Numbered from the stretch's first letter, positions 1 to 15,443 are shown. The stretch is DNA of 64,000 bases from Octopus sinensis (GCF_006345805.1 NC_043012.1:52576001-52640000); one strand, 5' to 3'. Notes: generated by a model not told the origin, from the letters alone. Made by a program: numbers and translations.

Positions 1-380
1 TGATAACATAGAGATCGAATGATCCATTGATCAAATACTATCATGAGAATCCTGATCGCCGAAAGATGAATAAATTGATCTATTCATTAGTGTGTATAAT
101 AATTAAACAGCAATTACTAGGGAAATGAAATCACTAGTTATAATCGAACGCTACTGGTATAATGACATAGAGATCGAAAGTTCCAATGATAAAATACTAT
201 CATGAGAATCCTGATCGCCGAAAGATTAATCAATTAATCAATTCATTAGTGTGTGGAATAAATAAATAGCGAGTACTAGGGAAATTAAATCACTAGTTAT
301 AATCGAACGCTGCTGATAGAGATCGAATGATCCATAGATCCATAGAGATCGAATGATCCATTGATCAAATACTATCATGA
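1..380. repeat. Degenerate tandem repeat, ~159-bp unit, ~2.4 copies visible (cut by window edge)
   Basis: TACTATCATGAGAATCCTGATCGCCGAAAGAT recurs at 36 and 195. CTAGGGAAAT(G/T)AAATCACTAGTTATAATCGAACGCT recurs with the same spacing. Partial third unit ~316-380. Confidence 0.8.
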
Positions 381-774
381 CGGCATCTATGTAATTCTTG
401 AACATATTTTTATTATCCCTTTTCATTCCTGCAGTCCCATTTAAACATTCTAAATATATATATTATTTACAAGGGAGCAATTATTTAAAAAAAATATGAG
501 CTTGAAAGTTCGTATTCACACAGTTTGGTTTGTTACAGATAGCGGGCTTTTTAGCCTCTTGATATTATATGCATTAGAACAACCCTTTAAAAGAAGAAAC
601 AGCCAAATCTCTATCATACCTGTTTATACTAACTAAAAAATGTTCCGTTGCATTATATAATGTTAGATGCCCTATAGCTAAAAAAAACAGGGGGGGGGGC
701 TTGATAGTTACTGCTGGTATGTTTTAGTAAATATTAATTTCTAATTCTGGTGCATGACCAGTAATGTATGGGCG

Positions 775-880
775 GGACGTCAGTCGATTACATGCATCAC
801 AATACTTGACTGGAATCTTTTATTCACTCCGGATGGATGAAAGCAGAGTTGAGGCCGGCTGGATTTGAATTTAGAAGGTA
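775..880 (-). mobile_element. Degraded tRNA-derived SINE fragment (family A)
   Basis: GTCGATTACAT...GGATGAAAGCAGAGTTGA...GATTTGAA is the reverse complement of the family A body seen intact at 24624-24851. Confidence 0.55.
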
Positions 881-2371
881 AAGAGACAAAAGAAAATAAA
901 TCTGCCTTTCAATAAAACCACAATTTTTCTCTACGTTTGCCTTCTGATTTTTTTTTTTTCTTTTTGCCATTTCTGTTCTACAGTCTTTAAGTAAACATTG
1001 ACGTTATCACTAACGCTAAACCTGATCATGAACCGTACCTGTTAATTCTGATTTAAACGGGAATTTTCACCCTAAATATTATCCCCTGTTAACCCCCTTG
1101 CCCAAACTAAAAATAATTGAGGAATATACTCTGTTGATCCATCTGATCATCGATAGATGATTCTTTCGGCCAATATATCAGGTTAGGTGTCCCAACACTA
1201 AAACTATCCATGGTTTTATGCTTCTCGGCGTTTCTTGAGCGGTCGAACACATCTGTCGATATGCAAGGACAGGCGCAGAGAAGTAAAGCATAAAACTTTA
1301 AGCCTTAGTACTACTAATTTTAATATTTAAGCAGATAGCATATTGTCAGTCATTGGAGCATCAGTTGAAATACTTAATTGTACTCATTCTTGCATTCTGA
1401 GTTCAAAGTCAGACTGATTAAGCGTATCACCCAAGTAAACTGTGTTGGTAGGGAACGAACTGAGAACGCGCCGAGACGGAGCAAATACTGTAAGAGTATC
1501 CAATGCTTTTGTTTATAATTCTGCCAATTCTATGCCAAGGATTGGTTCATTACTTTCAAAAGACAAAACGCCTGCTTCACTTCAATGAGAACTGAACTGG
1601 CGGTGAGACGTTCAGTCCGACGTACAATGACTCTGCCTGTTTGCCACCTTGACCGTCTTTATGAATTGACTCAATTAGTTAAAGATGACACATTCTTGTG
1701 ATTAAGCATGGATCCTGTTGTTGAAAGGGATCTTTTCCCTTTGAACGGCAGATCGAGAAATTAATTTTTTGTAGCTAAACACTTTCAAACTTCATATACT
1801 GGTAGAATGTGTCATATAAAACATATTTTAGTCTTAGCGTTTTTGAGAAAAGTTTATATTTACGAGGTTATTTCGTGTTAAAGTTGTCATATTTCGGTAA
1901 TTTCAACCAATCAATGACATATATTCAGCTGAATAAAATTACTGCCACTGTTTGTCAACAACAAATAACAGAGGTGTATTTTTCGTTTGTCACTGTTATT
2001 TATGACATATTTCATCTCACTTACTGTGGTATGAATAAACGGGTGTATCTGAAGCATGTTTACTTCATGGCACCACCATAATCGTACTTTTTTTAACAGC
2101 GTAGCACTTCAACCTAAAATTGTTGCTTCAACCGAATATCGAAACCGGTTTACTGTCTGTGTTCGTTAGAGTTTCCCTTTAATCTTCCAAAGTATTTATT
2201 TAGTTCGTCAGTCAAGAAGCCCGATGACAAGAGAAAAATCGAGCATTTTTTTTTTCTTTTTGGACAAAAATCCTCAGTAAAATGTCTTTTTCTGATGTTT
2301 TGTAACTAATTGGGAGAAAGTTATAGTCAGACTGATACCATATATCACCTGAAACACACATACATATAGTC

Positions 2372-2434
2372 ATGTATGTATGTATGTATGTATGTATGTA
2401 TGTATGTATGTATGTATGTATGTATGTATGTATG
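2372..2434. repeat. (ATGT)n microsatellite
   Basis: Direct reading. Confidence 0.95.
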
Positions 2435-3366
2435 TTCCCTATATTAAGTAGCTCAATTATAAAAGATCACTCTCAGATATCAAGTCTCAACAGACATAAT
2501 ACAACTGTTCTTTCTCATCTACATCATTGAATTCACAATAGGCTTGTCTAATATTAGATTTTTTTCCTTGAAAATAGTACGTCTATCCTTTCTTTTAGTC
2601 TGTATTAAATTATTTTGTCACGCCACAGAAACTTTTCTCATCTCCGCCCCTCTTTCACTCAATGCCTCTCTTCACTTGCATACATCAACACATATACACC
2701 AACACATATGTACACCTTAATACACACAGGGATACAGAGTGGTATGCGTACACGATTATTTTACTTGTCTGGTATCCATCTTTTTATTTTCTTATATTCT
2801 TTTTATATTTTACTTTAGCAGTATTTCTTGTAAGTTCCTCTCCAGCGTCAGATGACAGCTTCGAATATTCTGTTCTTTCTTCTATGCAAAAAGACATCTC
2901 TAAGAAAAATTGTTCCGTCGTGACGTTACCATTTTTAAAAATGCTTTCCCTTGTGTTCTCCTAACAAACCACAATTTTTCTTTGTTTGTCTTCTGATTTT
3001 TTTTTTCTTTTTGCCATTTCTGTTCTTCAGTCTTTAACGTTATTTGTTATTATCGTGTACGTATTCTTTGCTTTTTTTTTTATCATGTTTTCACTACTTT
3101 TATTTCGACCATTTTTGATTTAATGCTATTGGGACGATGAAGCACAATAAAAATGAACCAACAATAACAGCGAATGAATAGTATATTCGATGGACTGATA
3201 AATGGGTTGATGGATCAATCGATCAGTGATTTATTGATGAATGCTTTGGCAAATAGAGCAACAAACAGGCTGCAAGCAAATAAACTGAATGATTAGCAAA
3301 TGGAGAGGAAATTGGGAGGACAATCGAATGATGTTGGACAGGCGATTAGATGGACACTTCATGAGA

Positions 3367-3856
<490 letters not shown>

Positions 3857-5013
3857 TTGAAATTTGAAGCTGAGAGCAGAGGGGGATCTGGAATGACAAA
3901 GATAAATAGATAGACAAAACACTTGAAAATATTGTCTATTATTACAGTGAGAAAAGAAAAAAATGCAAATGAAAGGTGAGGATGATCTGGCGAATGACCC
4001 AAGGGATATGCCTAAAGACTAGTAAAATGACGGACGGACTGCCAAACCAACAGAAAAAAAAACAGACGTGCAAACCGAAAGAGCAAAGATGGACCGGTGG
4101 AGGGCGGGCGACAGTGAGAGATGAATTGTTGCGAAGTTAGAAAAATACATGGACTAAAAAAAAATATGAAAAGATGTATTACAAATACAAAACAAAAGAG
4201 CAAGAAATTGAGTGAATTGATGATTAAATCTTTTGAGAAGACAAATTAAAATTGATATGAAAACAAACGCGAGTGATGGCAAAATTGGTTATAATCCGTG
4301 CCATGTAAATGAGAAAAATCAGCTGTATTATTCTGGACGGTTTATTTTCAGAATACATACTGAATAATGCAGACGATGATTTTGTTGGTGAGAGGAGAAA
4401 GAATAAGAAAGGGAGAGAAAGAGAGAGAAAGAGACGTAAATACAGAGAGAGGTGGAGGCAAACAAAATGAAGAAGAAAAATGGCGAAAGACAAAAGGAAG
4501 AGAGCTAGGACCAGAGATGTTTGGTGTGGTTTAAGATGGTGTCGTGGTAGGGAGATACAGAGAGTGAAATGAATAAATAAATTTCAAAATTGAAAATTAT
4601 AGACAAAAAAAAATATGGAAGAAGGGGGTATTCTACAGAAAATATAAAGAAAATGATATAGAAGAATAAGAATATCATATCATAATAAAAGAAAACAAGA
4701 AACACGATAGGTAAGGGATGGAAAAATAAACGAATTTTTTTTCTTAAAAATATGAAATGTATGATATAGAATAAAGGGAAGTTTATGAGTAAACTTTACA
4801 TTGTCACCGGAAGTGTAAAATTTTCTGAAGTTTCTTTCGACGCGCACACACACAAACACAAACCTCTTTATTTGATTTTATATTCTACTTTATTTTTTCA
4901 TCTGTTGTTTACATTTTTTCTCTTTTTTTTTCAATTTTAAAATTGCTTTATTTTTCTTGTCTATTATTTATTCTCATTTTGTCTTTATTTTATTTTCTTC
5001 GTTTAGTACCACA

Positions 5014-5057
<44 letters not shown>

Positions 5058-5236
5058 TCCTCTGTTACTCCATAATGTCTACAATTCTGATCCCTTATAT
5101 TTACATCTCTTACATACTGCATCCCATCCTCCAATACTTGTGTGTGCACGCGTGAACGTGTATGTGCATATTTGCATTATGTGTGTGCGTGTGTGAATAC
5201 ATATATACATTCATACAAACAGATTATCATACACAC

Positions 5237-5276
<40 letters not shown>

Positions 5277-5317
5277 CTATATATTTCTTTCTTCTTTGAT
5301 CACCTCTGTTTTTTGTC

Positions 5318-5354
<37 letters not shown>

Positions 5355-5364
5355 ACACACACAC

Positions 5365-6555
5365 ATACACACACAAGCATACACACAAGCACATACATAA
5401 TTTCACTCCATATTACCGCTAACTTCCTCCTCACCCTCCCTTTACTCACTATTATCCTTCTCTGTCTCTTTTCTCCCTATCACTCTCGACCTTTTTGTAT
5501 TACTCTCTTACTCTATCTTCCACCCGCGCTTTCTTTCCCTCTCTTTCCCTCCCACTCTCGCACACACACACACACACGTATTATTATCATATTCCCCCTT
5601 CCCTCTCACCATATTCACATCTTACCTCACACCTCCCTCTTCCTTTCTCTCTGGTTTTCTCACGCTCTCCTACATGCAAGCGTCTAATTACCCTCCTCCT
5701 TTCACTCAATGCATCTCTCTCTCTCTCTCACTCCCATTCCTTCTCTCCTGCATCCTCAGTCTATCTCTCCCCCACTTCTCTCTTATTCTCTCAATTCCTC
5801 TCCCTGATTCCCCCTAATAAACTCTCACTCTCTCTCTTTTCTCACTCCCTCACGCCTTCCAGCAATCACTTCTCACTTACCTACTCCCATCATTCTACCC
5901 AACACTCTCTCTTTTTCTCTCTCACTCTTTCTCCCTCCCTTCCCTCTCTCTCACATACACACACACAAGCATACACACAAGCACATACATAATTTCACTC
6001 CATATTACCGCTAACTTCCTCCTCACCCTCCCTTTACTCACTATTATCCTTCTCTGTCTCTTTTCTCCCTATCACTCTCGACCTGTTTGTATTACTCTCT
6101 TACTCTATCTTCCACCCGCGCTTTCTTTCCCTCTCTTTCCCTCCCACTCTCGCACACACACACACGTATTATTATTATATTCCTTCTTCCCTCTCACCAT
6201 ATTCACGTCTTACCTCACACCTCCCTCTTCCTTTCTCTCTGGTTTTCTCACGCTCTCCTACATGCAAGCGTCTAATTACCCTCCTCCTTTCACTCTATGC
6301 ATCTCTCTCTCTCACTCCCATTCATTCTCTCCTGCATCCTCAGTCTATCTCTCCCCCTCTTCTCTCTTATTCTCTCAATTCCTCTCCCTGATTCCCCCTA
6401 ATAAACTCTCACTCTCTCTCTTTTTCTCACTCCCTCACGCCTTCCAGCAATCACTTCTCACTTACCTACTCCCATCATTCTACCCAACACTCTCTCTTTT
6501 TCTCTCTCACTCTTTCTCCCTCTCCTTCCCTCTCTCTCACATACACACACGCGCA
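5365..6555. repeat. Tandem duplication of a ~592-bp CT-rich unit (2 copies)
   Basis: ACACAAGCATACACACAAGCACATACATAATTTCACTCC starts at 5371 and 5963, and the downstream sequence stays colinear. ORFs 5495 and 6087 begin with identical translations. Confidence 0.9.
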
Positions 6556-6669
6556 CACACACACATACGTTCTTTTTCCCATACACTCATTATCTTTCTC
6601 TTCTGATACACACACATTCTGTCTCCCATACACTCACTCACTCACACTGACTTACTCTCACTCTTTCCC

Positions 6670-6842
6670 TCTGTCTATCTACCTATTTACCCATCTATCT
6701 ATCTATCTACCTATCTATTTGTCTGTCTGTCTATCTATATATGTGTCTGTCTATCTATCTATCTATCTATCTATTTATCTATCTATCTATCTAACTATCT
6801 ATCTGATTGTCTATCTGTCTGTCTCTCTGTCTGCCTGTCTAT

Positions 6843-6896
<54 letters not shown>

Positions 6897-6984
6897 GTCT
6901 GTCTATCTATCTATTTGTCTGTCTGTCTATTTATTGATCTATCTATCTATCTATCGATCTATCTATCTATCGATCTATCTATCG

Positions 6985-7039
<55 letters not shown>

Positions 7040-7040
7040 G

Positions 7041-7071
<31 letters not shown>

Positions 7072-7072
7072 G

Positions 7073-7115
<43 letters not shown>
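6670..7115. repeat. (CTAT)n microsatellite with CTGT/CGAT variants
   Basis: Direct reading. Confidence 0.95.
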
Positions 7116-7489
7116 AGTCTGTCTGTCTATCTGTTTGTCTCTCTGTCTCTCCTCTCCGCTCTTCCTGTTACTATTCCTTGCGTTTGTCACTTACAAGTCA
7201 ATATCGAATAATTAGAATGATTTCTCTACGTCTTCTTCGCAACAACATATAATATTCTGCTTACCAGACATTCGTTGAATTAAACATTACTGGTATTGAA
7301 AAGCAACACAACGTGATTTAACTCGTTAAGCAATGTTTTCAGCAACACAGCCATTGTTTCCAAACTTTTTGTTTCCTGTCCACCAAACTCAAATTTATTG
7401 AAATACGTGTCTTTTTTAAAAACTTCATTGAAAATTTACATTTCACAATCGAACACACATATTCATACAAACACTCTGACAGACACTCC

Positions 7490-7656
7490 AGCACGTCTGC
7501 ATACATACAGACAGACATACATACGTACGCACACACATACACAGACACACATACATGTATATATATATATATATTATATATATATATATATATATATGAG
7601 TGTGTGTGTGTGTATGTATATATATATATATATATATATGTAAACGTATGTGTATG

Positions 7657-7696
<40 letters not shown>

Positions 7697-8957
7697 TGTG
7701 AGTGTGAGTGTGTGTGCGTGCATATATATAAATATATATATATACATATATATATATGAGTGTGTGTGGTGTGTATGTATATATATATATATTATGTATG
7801 CATGTGTACACATGTGTATCAATGTATATGTGTGTATGTCTATATGTGTATACGTAAATATGAATATGTCTTTTACATACGTACATATATATGTGTGTGT
7901 GTGTGCGTGTGCGCGCGTATATATATACGCTCGCGTACTTTCTATTTGTGTTTATGTGTATGTATATATGTATTTGTAATGTCCACTTTGTGTGTGTCTG
8001 TTACATACACATTTATGCGTCCCACACACATAGATACACACACACACACACAAACACATTGACATACACATACGCACACTCACACACACACACAAACACA
8101 TTGACACACACATACACACACACACAAACACACACACACACACACGCACACACACACGTTTGTGTATGAACACTTTGACAGAGTACGTGTGGTATGTCTC
8201 TTAACTCTAAGCTTATCTGAAACAAACAAACTCACCCCCTCCAGCATTACCGTTCCTCCATCCCCAACACGCACACACATTGACACACACACTCACACAC
8301 ACAAACACAAACACACATAAATAAACAAACGTATACACATAACCACAGAAATATGCACACACATATATAATAAATACACAGGCAGATATCCATACGAAAG
8401 TTTGAATTTCTATACGCGTATAAATGTTTTATTTGTATGTGAGTTGTGTCACTTGAACTCTGGGACGAATGTTAGTGATTGTTGTTGCTTGTATGTTTTT
8501 ATTGTATTTGATTCTATTTTGTGTTTATTCGTATTATTTATATTTGTTTATTGTTTGTACTATCGATATTATTGTTGTTGTTTCACTAGGGTGTGTATAT
8601 AATTTATTTACATTCCTTCTTCATAAAGGACATTCTCTTAAGTTTCTTACCGCTGCAGCTGGTGATGCTGCTGCTACTGCTGCTGCTGCTGCTGCTAGTG
8701 ATTGTGTTATTGTTATTATTGTTTTTGTTGTTTTTGTTGTTGTTGTTGTTATTGTTTTGGCTGCATATATTATTGATAAGATAAATGCGTTAACGAATTG
8801 TTTATCGCAAAGGGAAACAATTATCTATTTGAGAGTGTGTGTGTGTAAATGTGTGTGTATGAATATATATATATATATGTATATATATATGTATCATTAT
8901 GTATATATATGCACACACACATATACACACACTTATACGTATTTGTTTGTGTGTGCG

Positions 8958-8988
<31 letters not shown>

Positions 8989-9073
8989 GATTATGTTCAA
9001 ATATTACATATATATATATAGATATACATATTCATAGATGATGACTGATAATATAGATAGATAGATAGATAGA

Positions 9074-9107
<34 letters not shown>

Positions 9108-9149
9108 ATATACATACATACATATACTAGATATATATATATATATAGA

Positions 9150-9199
<50 letters not shown>

Positions 9200-9392
9200 T
9201 ATATACCCAGACATATATATTGTAAACATACGCACACATTACGCATACACAGACACATCCACCAACAACCACCCAACCACCCCTCCCAACACATGCACAC
9301 GTGTATGAACATTCACACATATGTATACACATCGGCACACGCATCTGCATAAATATAAACGTGTACATATGTATATATATATATATATATAG

Positions 9393-9467
<75 letters not shown>

Positions 9468-10241
9468 CATATTTTATATAATATATATATACTCTCACAC
9501 ACATACAGACATTTATATATATATATACATATGTTCGTGCACAGCTGAATTATACATCATTATTCAGTTATTTCGAGTCGGTCTAATCACAATGCATATG
9601 CTAATAATAGCATTAGATACAGGTTCCAGACAATTAGAGACAATTCTTAAACAATAACAAAGGCTCATATACAGTGTTTGTTTGGGCAAAATCATGTCTG
9701 AAGATGAGTGTATTTCTATGTGTATATAGTGTTTTTTATGTAAGCATGTTTGTATGCATTTATTTGCATGTTCCTCTGTGTATATGTTTGTATATATATA
9801 CGTTTCTGTCTGTACATATGCTTGTATAAATATTTGTAAATATTTATGCATCTGTGCGTATTTGTATATCTCTGTATGTGTGCATATGTGTATATGTGTA
9901 TTTGCGTGTGTTTCTACGTATATTTGTGCATATACGTTTGCATCTATATATACCTGTATGTATGCATATGTGTCTCTTTGTAAGCATGTTAATATCTATG
10001 TACGTTGATATATATGTGAGTATATGTGTATGTATACACGTTTCTATGAATGTGTGTATGTCTGCAAACTTGCATGTTATTCTTGTGTTTTATAATTGTT
10101 TATGTTGGGTTTTTTTCTGTTGCAAATTTACAGCACAAGAGAAAGATCTGGTCTCTAATCTATATACAAATCTCTTTCATTGGAATTTAAACAACTTTCC
10201 CAGTATAATTGTTTGTATGCGTGTATATATATATATATATA

Positions 10242-10300
<59 letters not shown>

Positions 10301-10319
10301 CTATATATATATATATAAT

Positions 10320-10351
<32 letters not shown>

Positions 10352-10365
10352 ATATATATATATAA

Positions 10366-10419
<54 letters not shown>

Positions 10420-10432
10420 AATATATATATAT

Positions 10433-10463
<31 letters not shown>

Positions 10464-10602
10464 ATATATATATATATATATAATATATATATATATATTA
10501 TAATATAATATATATATATATATATATAAATATATATAAATATATATATATATATATAAATATATATATATACTATATAAATACATATATATATATATAT
10601 TA

Positions 10603-10650
<48 letters not shown>
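7490..10650. repeat. Large block of (TA)n, (CA)n and (TG)n low-complexity sequence with GCT/GTT trinucleotide runs at ~8660-8760
   Basis: Direct reading. All ORFs here are Ile/Tyr, His/Thr or Cys/Val repeats. Confidence 0.9.
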
Positions 10651-10651
<1 letters not shown>

Positions 10652-12933
10652 ATCTGTTTAGGTATGGAATTTTTTGTGTGTTTATGTAGGAATTCATCCA
10701 TATATTTAAAAATGTATGTATTTATGTATTCATTCGCTTCTATATACACTAACATGACAGATATTGTATATGGTGCTATCTCTATTTTAACCTTTTCATT
10801 CATCATATCCATATGTTTGTAAATCAACTTTTGATATATATATATATATATATATATGCATTTATTACGGTCTAAACTTCTAGAATATTTCACATATTTT
10901 TATAATTTCATTAGCGTAACAATGATTTCCTAATTAGCCTTGTTCTATCTGATTTTTATGAAAATCAAGTACTTAAGTCTAGTGTTGAGACAATTATTTA
11001 CATATTCAGTTAGCATAATATTCGAAGGTATAAATCTGGAGGTTGTCGTATCTACAGCGGTTTCGTCATTTCGGCATAGATGTGTTCTTATTCAATTTAT
11101 CTCAGCTACATTAACGCCTTTGTCCCAGAACCGTATGTCAGGCCTGTTTTTCTTTAATTTGACTGATTGTTTAACAGGAGTATTCCACCCGCATTCTTTC
11201 ATACAAACAAGCCCTCCACATCCTTATAAACTATGATAATGTTATTTTCAAGACTGTTCTGTCTACAGTCTGTAGTTCATAGGTACATAACATCGGTATA
11301 TCTCATAGGTAGTCAGCAGATGCTAACATAATATTAAGATAATTCTAAAAACGATTCACAGTTGTTATCGTAATGAAAATACTGCAGATATTTAGTGGTA
11401 AGAAACTTTCAACAGACTTGAACATGTCTTGAGCGTATGAATTCCCTTAGAAAATTGTTTCGGCTCTTAACTTCGTACACTTTCAGGGGAAACAAATTCT
11501 GCTCTTCAGCTTTCTTGCAGATATTCAAATTTATACCAACAAATATAATCAAGCAACTGATTATGATGTGTTAATTCCACGCTTGTTGCATACAGGTGTT
11601 TTTCCTTCGTGCTGGAAAGAGCAATTATTTTCTACTTCTGTATTGTAAAAGTACACATTTCAAGGTGACAGCTAATGAATGTACGTTGAAAGTCTGAGGT
11701 AAACTATTTTGGTTGTCCATTTTTCTTACATTGGAGATTTCTGACACCACGGTCGTGCATCATCTGTTGATGGCTAAGCAAACTTTCATCTGTTGATTTG
11801 TTGTGTTAGAGCTCTGCAACTTCCTTAAGATCATATCTTTCCTCAATAGCTTGGGAATATATTCCACTAGAAGATTTTCAACTCTTAAGGGGTCTTCGGT
11901 GCATAATGTTATCTTCTTCATGTTTCCAGACTTCATTCATGGCGTAAAATTCTCTATGCACAATATTTTATGGTTGTGGATAAAGAAGACTGTGGGAACA
12001 AATTTAGCAATTTTTGGCAAAATACGTACCCTTTTGCCAAGTTACAACAAAAAATTAGCGAAATATTTTAAATGTTTACTGTTGAATAGATAGATAATAT
12101 AACAAAATAATTTGACAAAAAATATGAATTTTTATTATTTTCTGGGATTTTACAAAAACAATAAAAATATTATTAAAAAAAAAAAAAAAATTTTAATTTT
12201 ATTTTATGATTTTTATGATTTCGTGTCAACGCTGACTTCAACTACCATCTTTGAAATATATTTATTAAAATACAACGTTAATATAAAGTCTAAAAAAATC
12301 ATCTGTTGCAGTGAATAATTATATACGATTCGCAAACCACACAAATTTTGATGTAAGCGTAACAAAGTGATTTATCCAAATTTCATCAAACAGTTTTATC
12401 ATCTTTGTTATAGAACCTCAAAGTACTGCTGCTATAGTGGCCCGGCTAATGAGCAACGAGAGTTTCGAAACTAACAACAGATATTTATGAAGGTTTAAAA
12501 ATCGTCACAGAATACGTAATAAATAATGCAGTAAATATAATGATATTTACTGCGTTGTCTGTAGATTTGAAACCGTATCACCTCCAATGTGATATATGTA
12601 TTAATTAGTCGTGATAAAGAGATTTGTCCCTTAATGATTCTATAGCTATATCATCCTCGTTATCGACCTTCAAAATAGTGCTGCCCCCGTAGCTCCGCGT
12701 ATGAGAGAAGAGAATTTCGAAACTAGAGACGGATATTAATGAAGATTTTTAAAAATGATCACGAGATGGATAATAAAACATTTATCTGATTATATGATGT
12801 TTAGCGCGTTTTCTATAATTTCGTTAACGTACATCATGTTCAGCGTAGAGTGTGCATTAATTAGTAGATTTTAAACCATTTCACGACGCATTTTCCTCTG
12901 ATTATCACTTGTCTTATATCTTGCAATAATGTA

Positions 12934-13066
12934 TCTCTAATTAACGGTTATATAACTATTTCGTATCACATTTGTCTATAATTAACGGTGGTCTAACTAT
13001 TTTACATAAATTTTGTCTCTAATTATCAGTGGGGGGTTTATTTCCTATCATATTTGTCTTCAATTA
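12934..13066. repeat. Diverged 41-bp minisatellite, ~3.2 copies
   Basis: Units start at 12934, 12975, 13016 and 13057 (TCT(C/A)TAATTA...ATTTG). Confidence 0.7.
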
Positions 13067-13220
13067 TAATTACAGACAAATTATCAATTGTCTATTTCAG
13101 ATTGATTTCTTCTATAATTATCATACTATAATATATATTATATATATATAGATATATATATACTATATCTATATATATATAATATATATATATATATACA
13201 TATATATGTATGTATGTATG

Positions 13221-13287
<67 letters not shown>

Positions 13288-14453
13288 ATAATATATATAT
13301 ACAGAGAGAGAGGGGAGAAGAAAGAGAGGGCGAAACACCTACACATATATGTATATAAACATATATGCCTACGTAATATTGTATATGCGTATATAAATCG
13401 ATATATTTATACATCTATATATATAATTTGATACCTGCTGTATATAATTATGTATATAGCCATATATAAACTCTGTGTGTGTGTCGTGTGTGCGTGTGCA
13501 TGTTTGTATGCATGCATGTGTGTATGTATATATATGAGACAAAAAGTGGCAGAGGAGAGCGTGAGATAGAATCTTATAATGGTAGACACGATTGTTCAAG
13601 AGGCATCTTAACACATATTCTCTGAATATAGGCTTACATCCAATGAAATAGTTGTTCATATATAAAGATTCGAGATTGCCACGACTGGAACGCCTTCATT
13701 GTTTTATTCTATCATATCTCGTTTGGACTTCACAACTACGAATTTTACAGGGAACCAACAGAGGAACAATCTCTGTGCTTCCCCATATATTTTTATCTGT
13801 CCATAAACCAGCTTCTCCCTCTGTCGCTCACCGTCTCTCTCCTCTTTTCTCTACCTCTCTCTCCCGTTTACCCTCATTCTCTCTCTCTCTCTCTCTCTTT
13901 TTCTTCCATTCCCCTCTCTCCTTCTTTTTCTCTGTCTCAGTATCTCACTATCCGTCTGTTTATCAGTCTGTCTATACGGCTGTTTGACTATTTACCTCAC
14001 TCGCTGTTTCTAGCTCCACACTCATGATCCTATCTCTCTCTTTCTCCCTTCATCTCTTTCCTCTCTATTTCAACACGTATACATAGACAGAAAGAGACAG
14101 AAATTGAACAGGTGAGTTAGAGAGAGATTTTCAGCTCCTGATAAAATTTATTCTTCAGAAAACAAACAAAAAACGAAAACAATTAATTCTCTTTACTCTT
14201 ACCTACATATCAAGCTACCTAGCAATGATATCTACCACCCAATTCGGCCACAGTGAGATTGGACTTGAGCGAGCAAAGCGCCAAAAGACATACGGTAACT
14301 CAACCATCCCAACGTCATCCTGTTTCTGCTAGTCCATCGCCTTTAAGTGGTTCAGTGTTTATCGAACGCAGAAGGATGAAAGGCAAAGGTGCTGGTGGAT
14401 TTTTAACTCACAACACAAGAAGCGAGAAGAAATAGGAATGACTAAAGCATAAA

Positions 14454-15443
14454 CAGTCTTGCAGATAAATTGAGACCAATTTTAAGCAGTTGACTTAGTG
14501 GGTTTGACATTTCAGTATGTGACAAAACCTTGCTTGCTTGAAAATTTAATGCTCCACTTTATATTTCAGGTAAATAGCGAACCGATTAGGCAACAGAAAG
14601 TAAAGTTACAACAGAATCGTTCCGCCATTGATGATTTGGCGCCCGTTGGGCACATTGTCAATAAAAACCTTGAGTTGACGAAACTTCCAAAAGCAACAGT
14701 TTATCGTGTGTATAAGCAGTTTAAAGAAGAGGGAAAGATTGATAGAAAACAGAACACAAGATTTGAAGTGTTTCCAAGCGTAATCCGAAGTTTCCCGCTG
14801 CATACAACCCTTCTGACCTCCCCACTGTATTTGAGACTAAGAATCCTGCTTCTGCGATGGTATTTGGAGCCGTGGCGAATCATTGAAGTATCATGGATCC
14901 ACACTTTATTGAGTCTGGCTTGAAAATCGACAGAAAGGTGTATTTGAACATCCTGAAGAACTCTCTGTTACATTAGGTGGGGCAAAAGTTAGGGTTTGAA
15001 AATGTGGTGCTTATCCAGGATTCTGCACCACGCCAAGGGTCAAAAGCAACACAAGACTTCCTTGGTGAGAAGGTGCCATTTTTTTTTTGTGAGGGCCAAC
15101 ATCTTGTCCAGTAATAGCCCAGACCTCAACCTTCGCAATTACTTTTTATGGGACATACTTCAAGCAAAGACCAATGCTTCACCACACGCGAGAGTCAACA
15201 GTTTGAAGGCCTGTATCGTGCGTGCGACACGCAAAATCAAAATCGCGGAGGTTGCGGCAGGTGTAACCAAATTTCGTTCTCGTTTGGGGCAGTAATTGCC
15301 CAAAAGGATCCATATTGCGTGATAAATATTTTCATGGCAATAAATGTTACATTAAAATTATATCTGTCTACTATCATTACTTTAGAATTTATAACTAGTT
15401 TTATGCATCGTAAAAATTGTCTCAATTTATCGGCAAGACCCTG
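14454..15443 (+). mobile_element. Tc1/mariner-superfamily DNA transposon, probably maT/DD37D type, degraded
   Basis: Left TIR CAGTCTTGCAGATAAATTGAGAC matches the reverse complement of right end GTCTCAATTTATCGGCAAGACCCTG, followed by TA at 15444. Frameshifted transposase motifs ASAMVFGAV, QDSAP and NSPDLNLRNYFLW. Confidence 0.85.

Noticed and set aside
1089-1103. TTAACCCCCTTGCCC resembling a piggyBac left end
   Set aside because: No matching right TIR with TTAA found nearby.
11280-12050. Possible degraded coding or TE relic in a non-repetitive island
   Set aside because: Hand translation gave no recognisable motif and frequent stops. A tBLASTx or HMM search would be needed.
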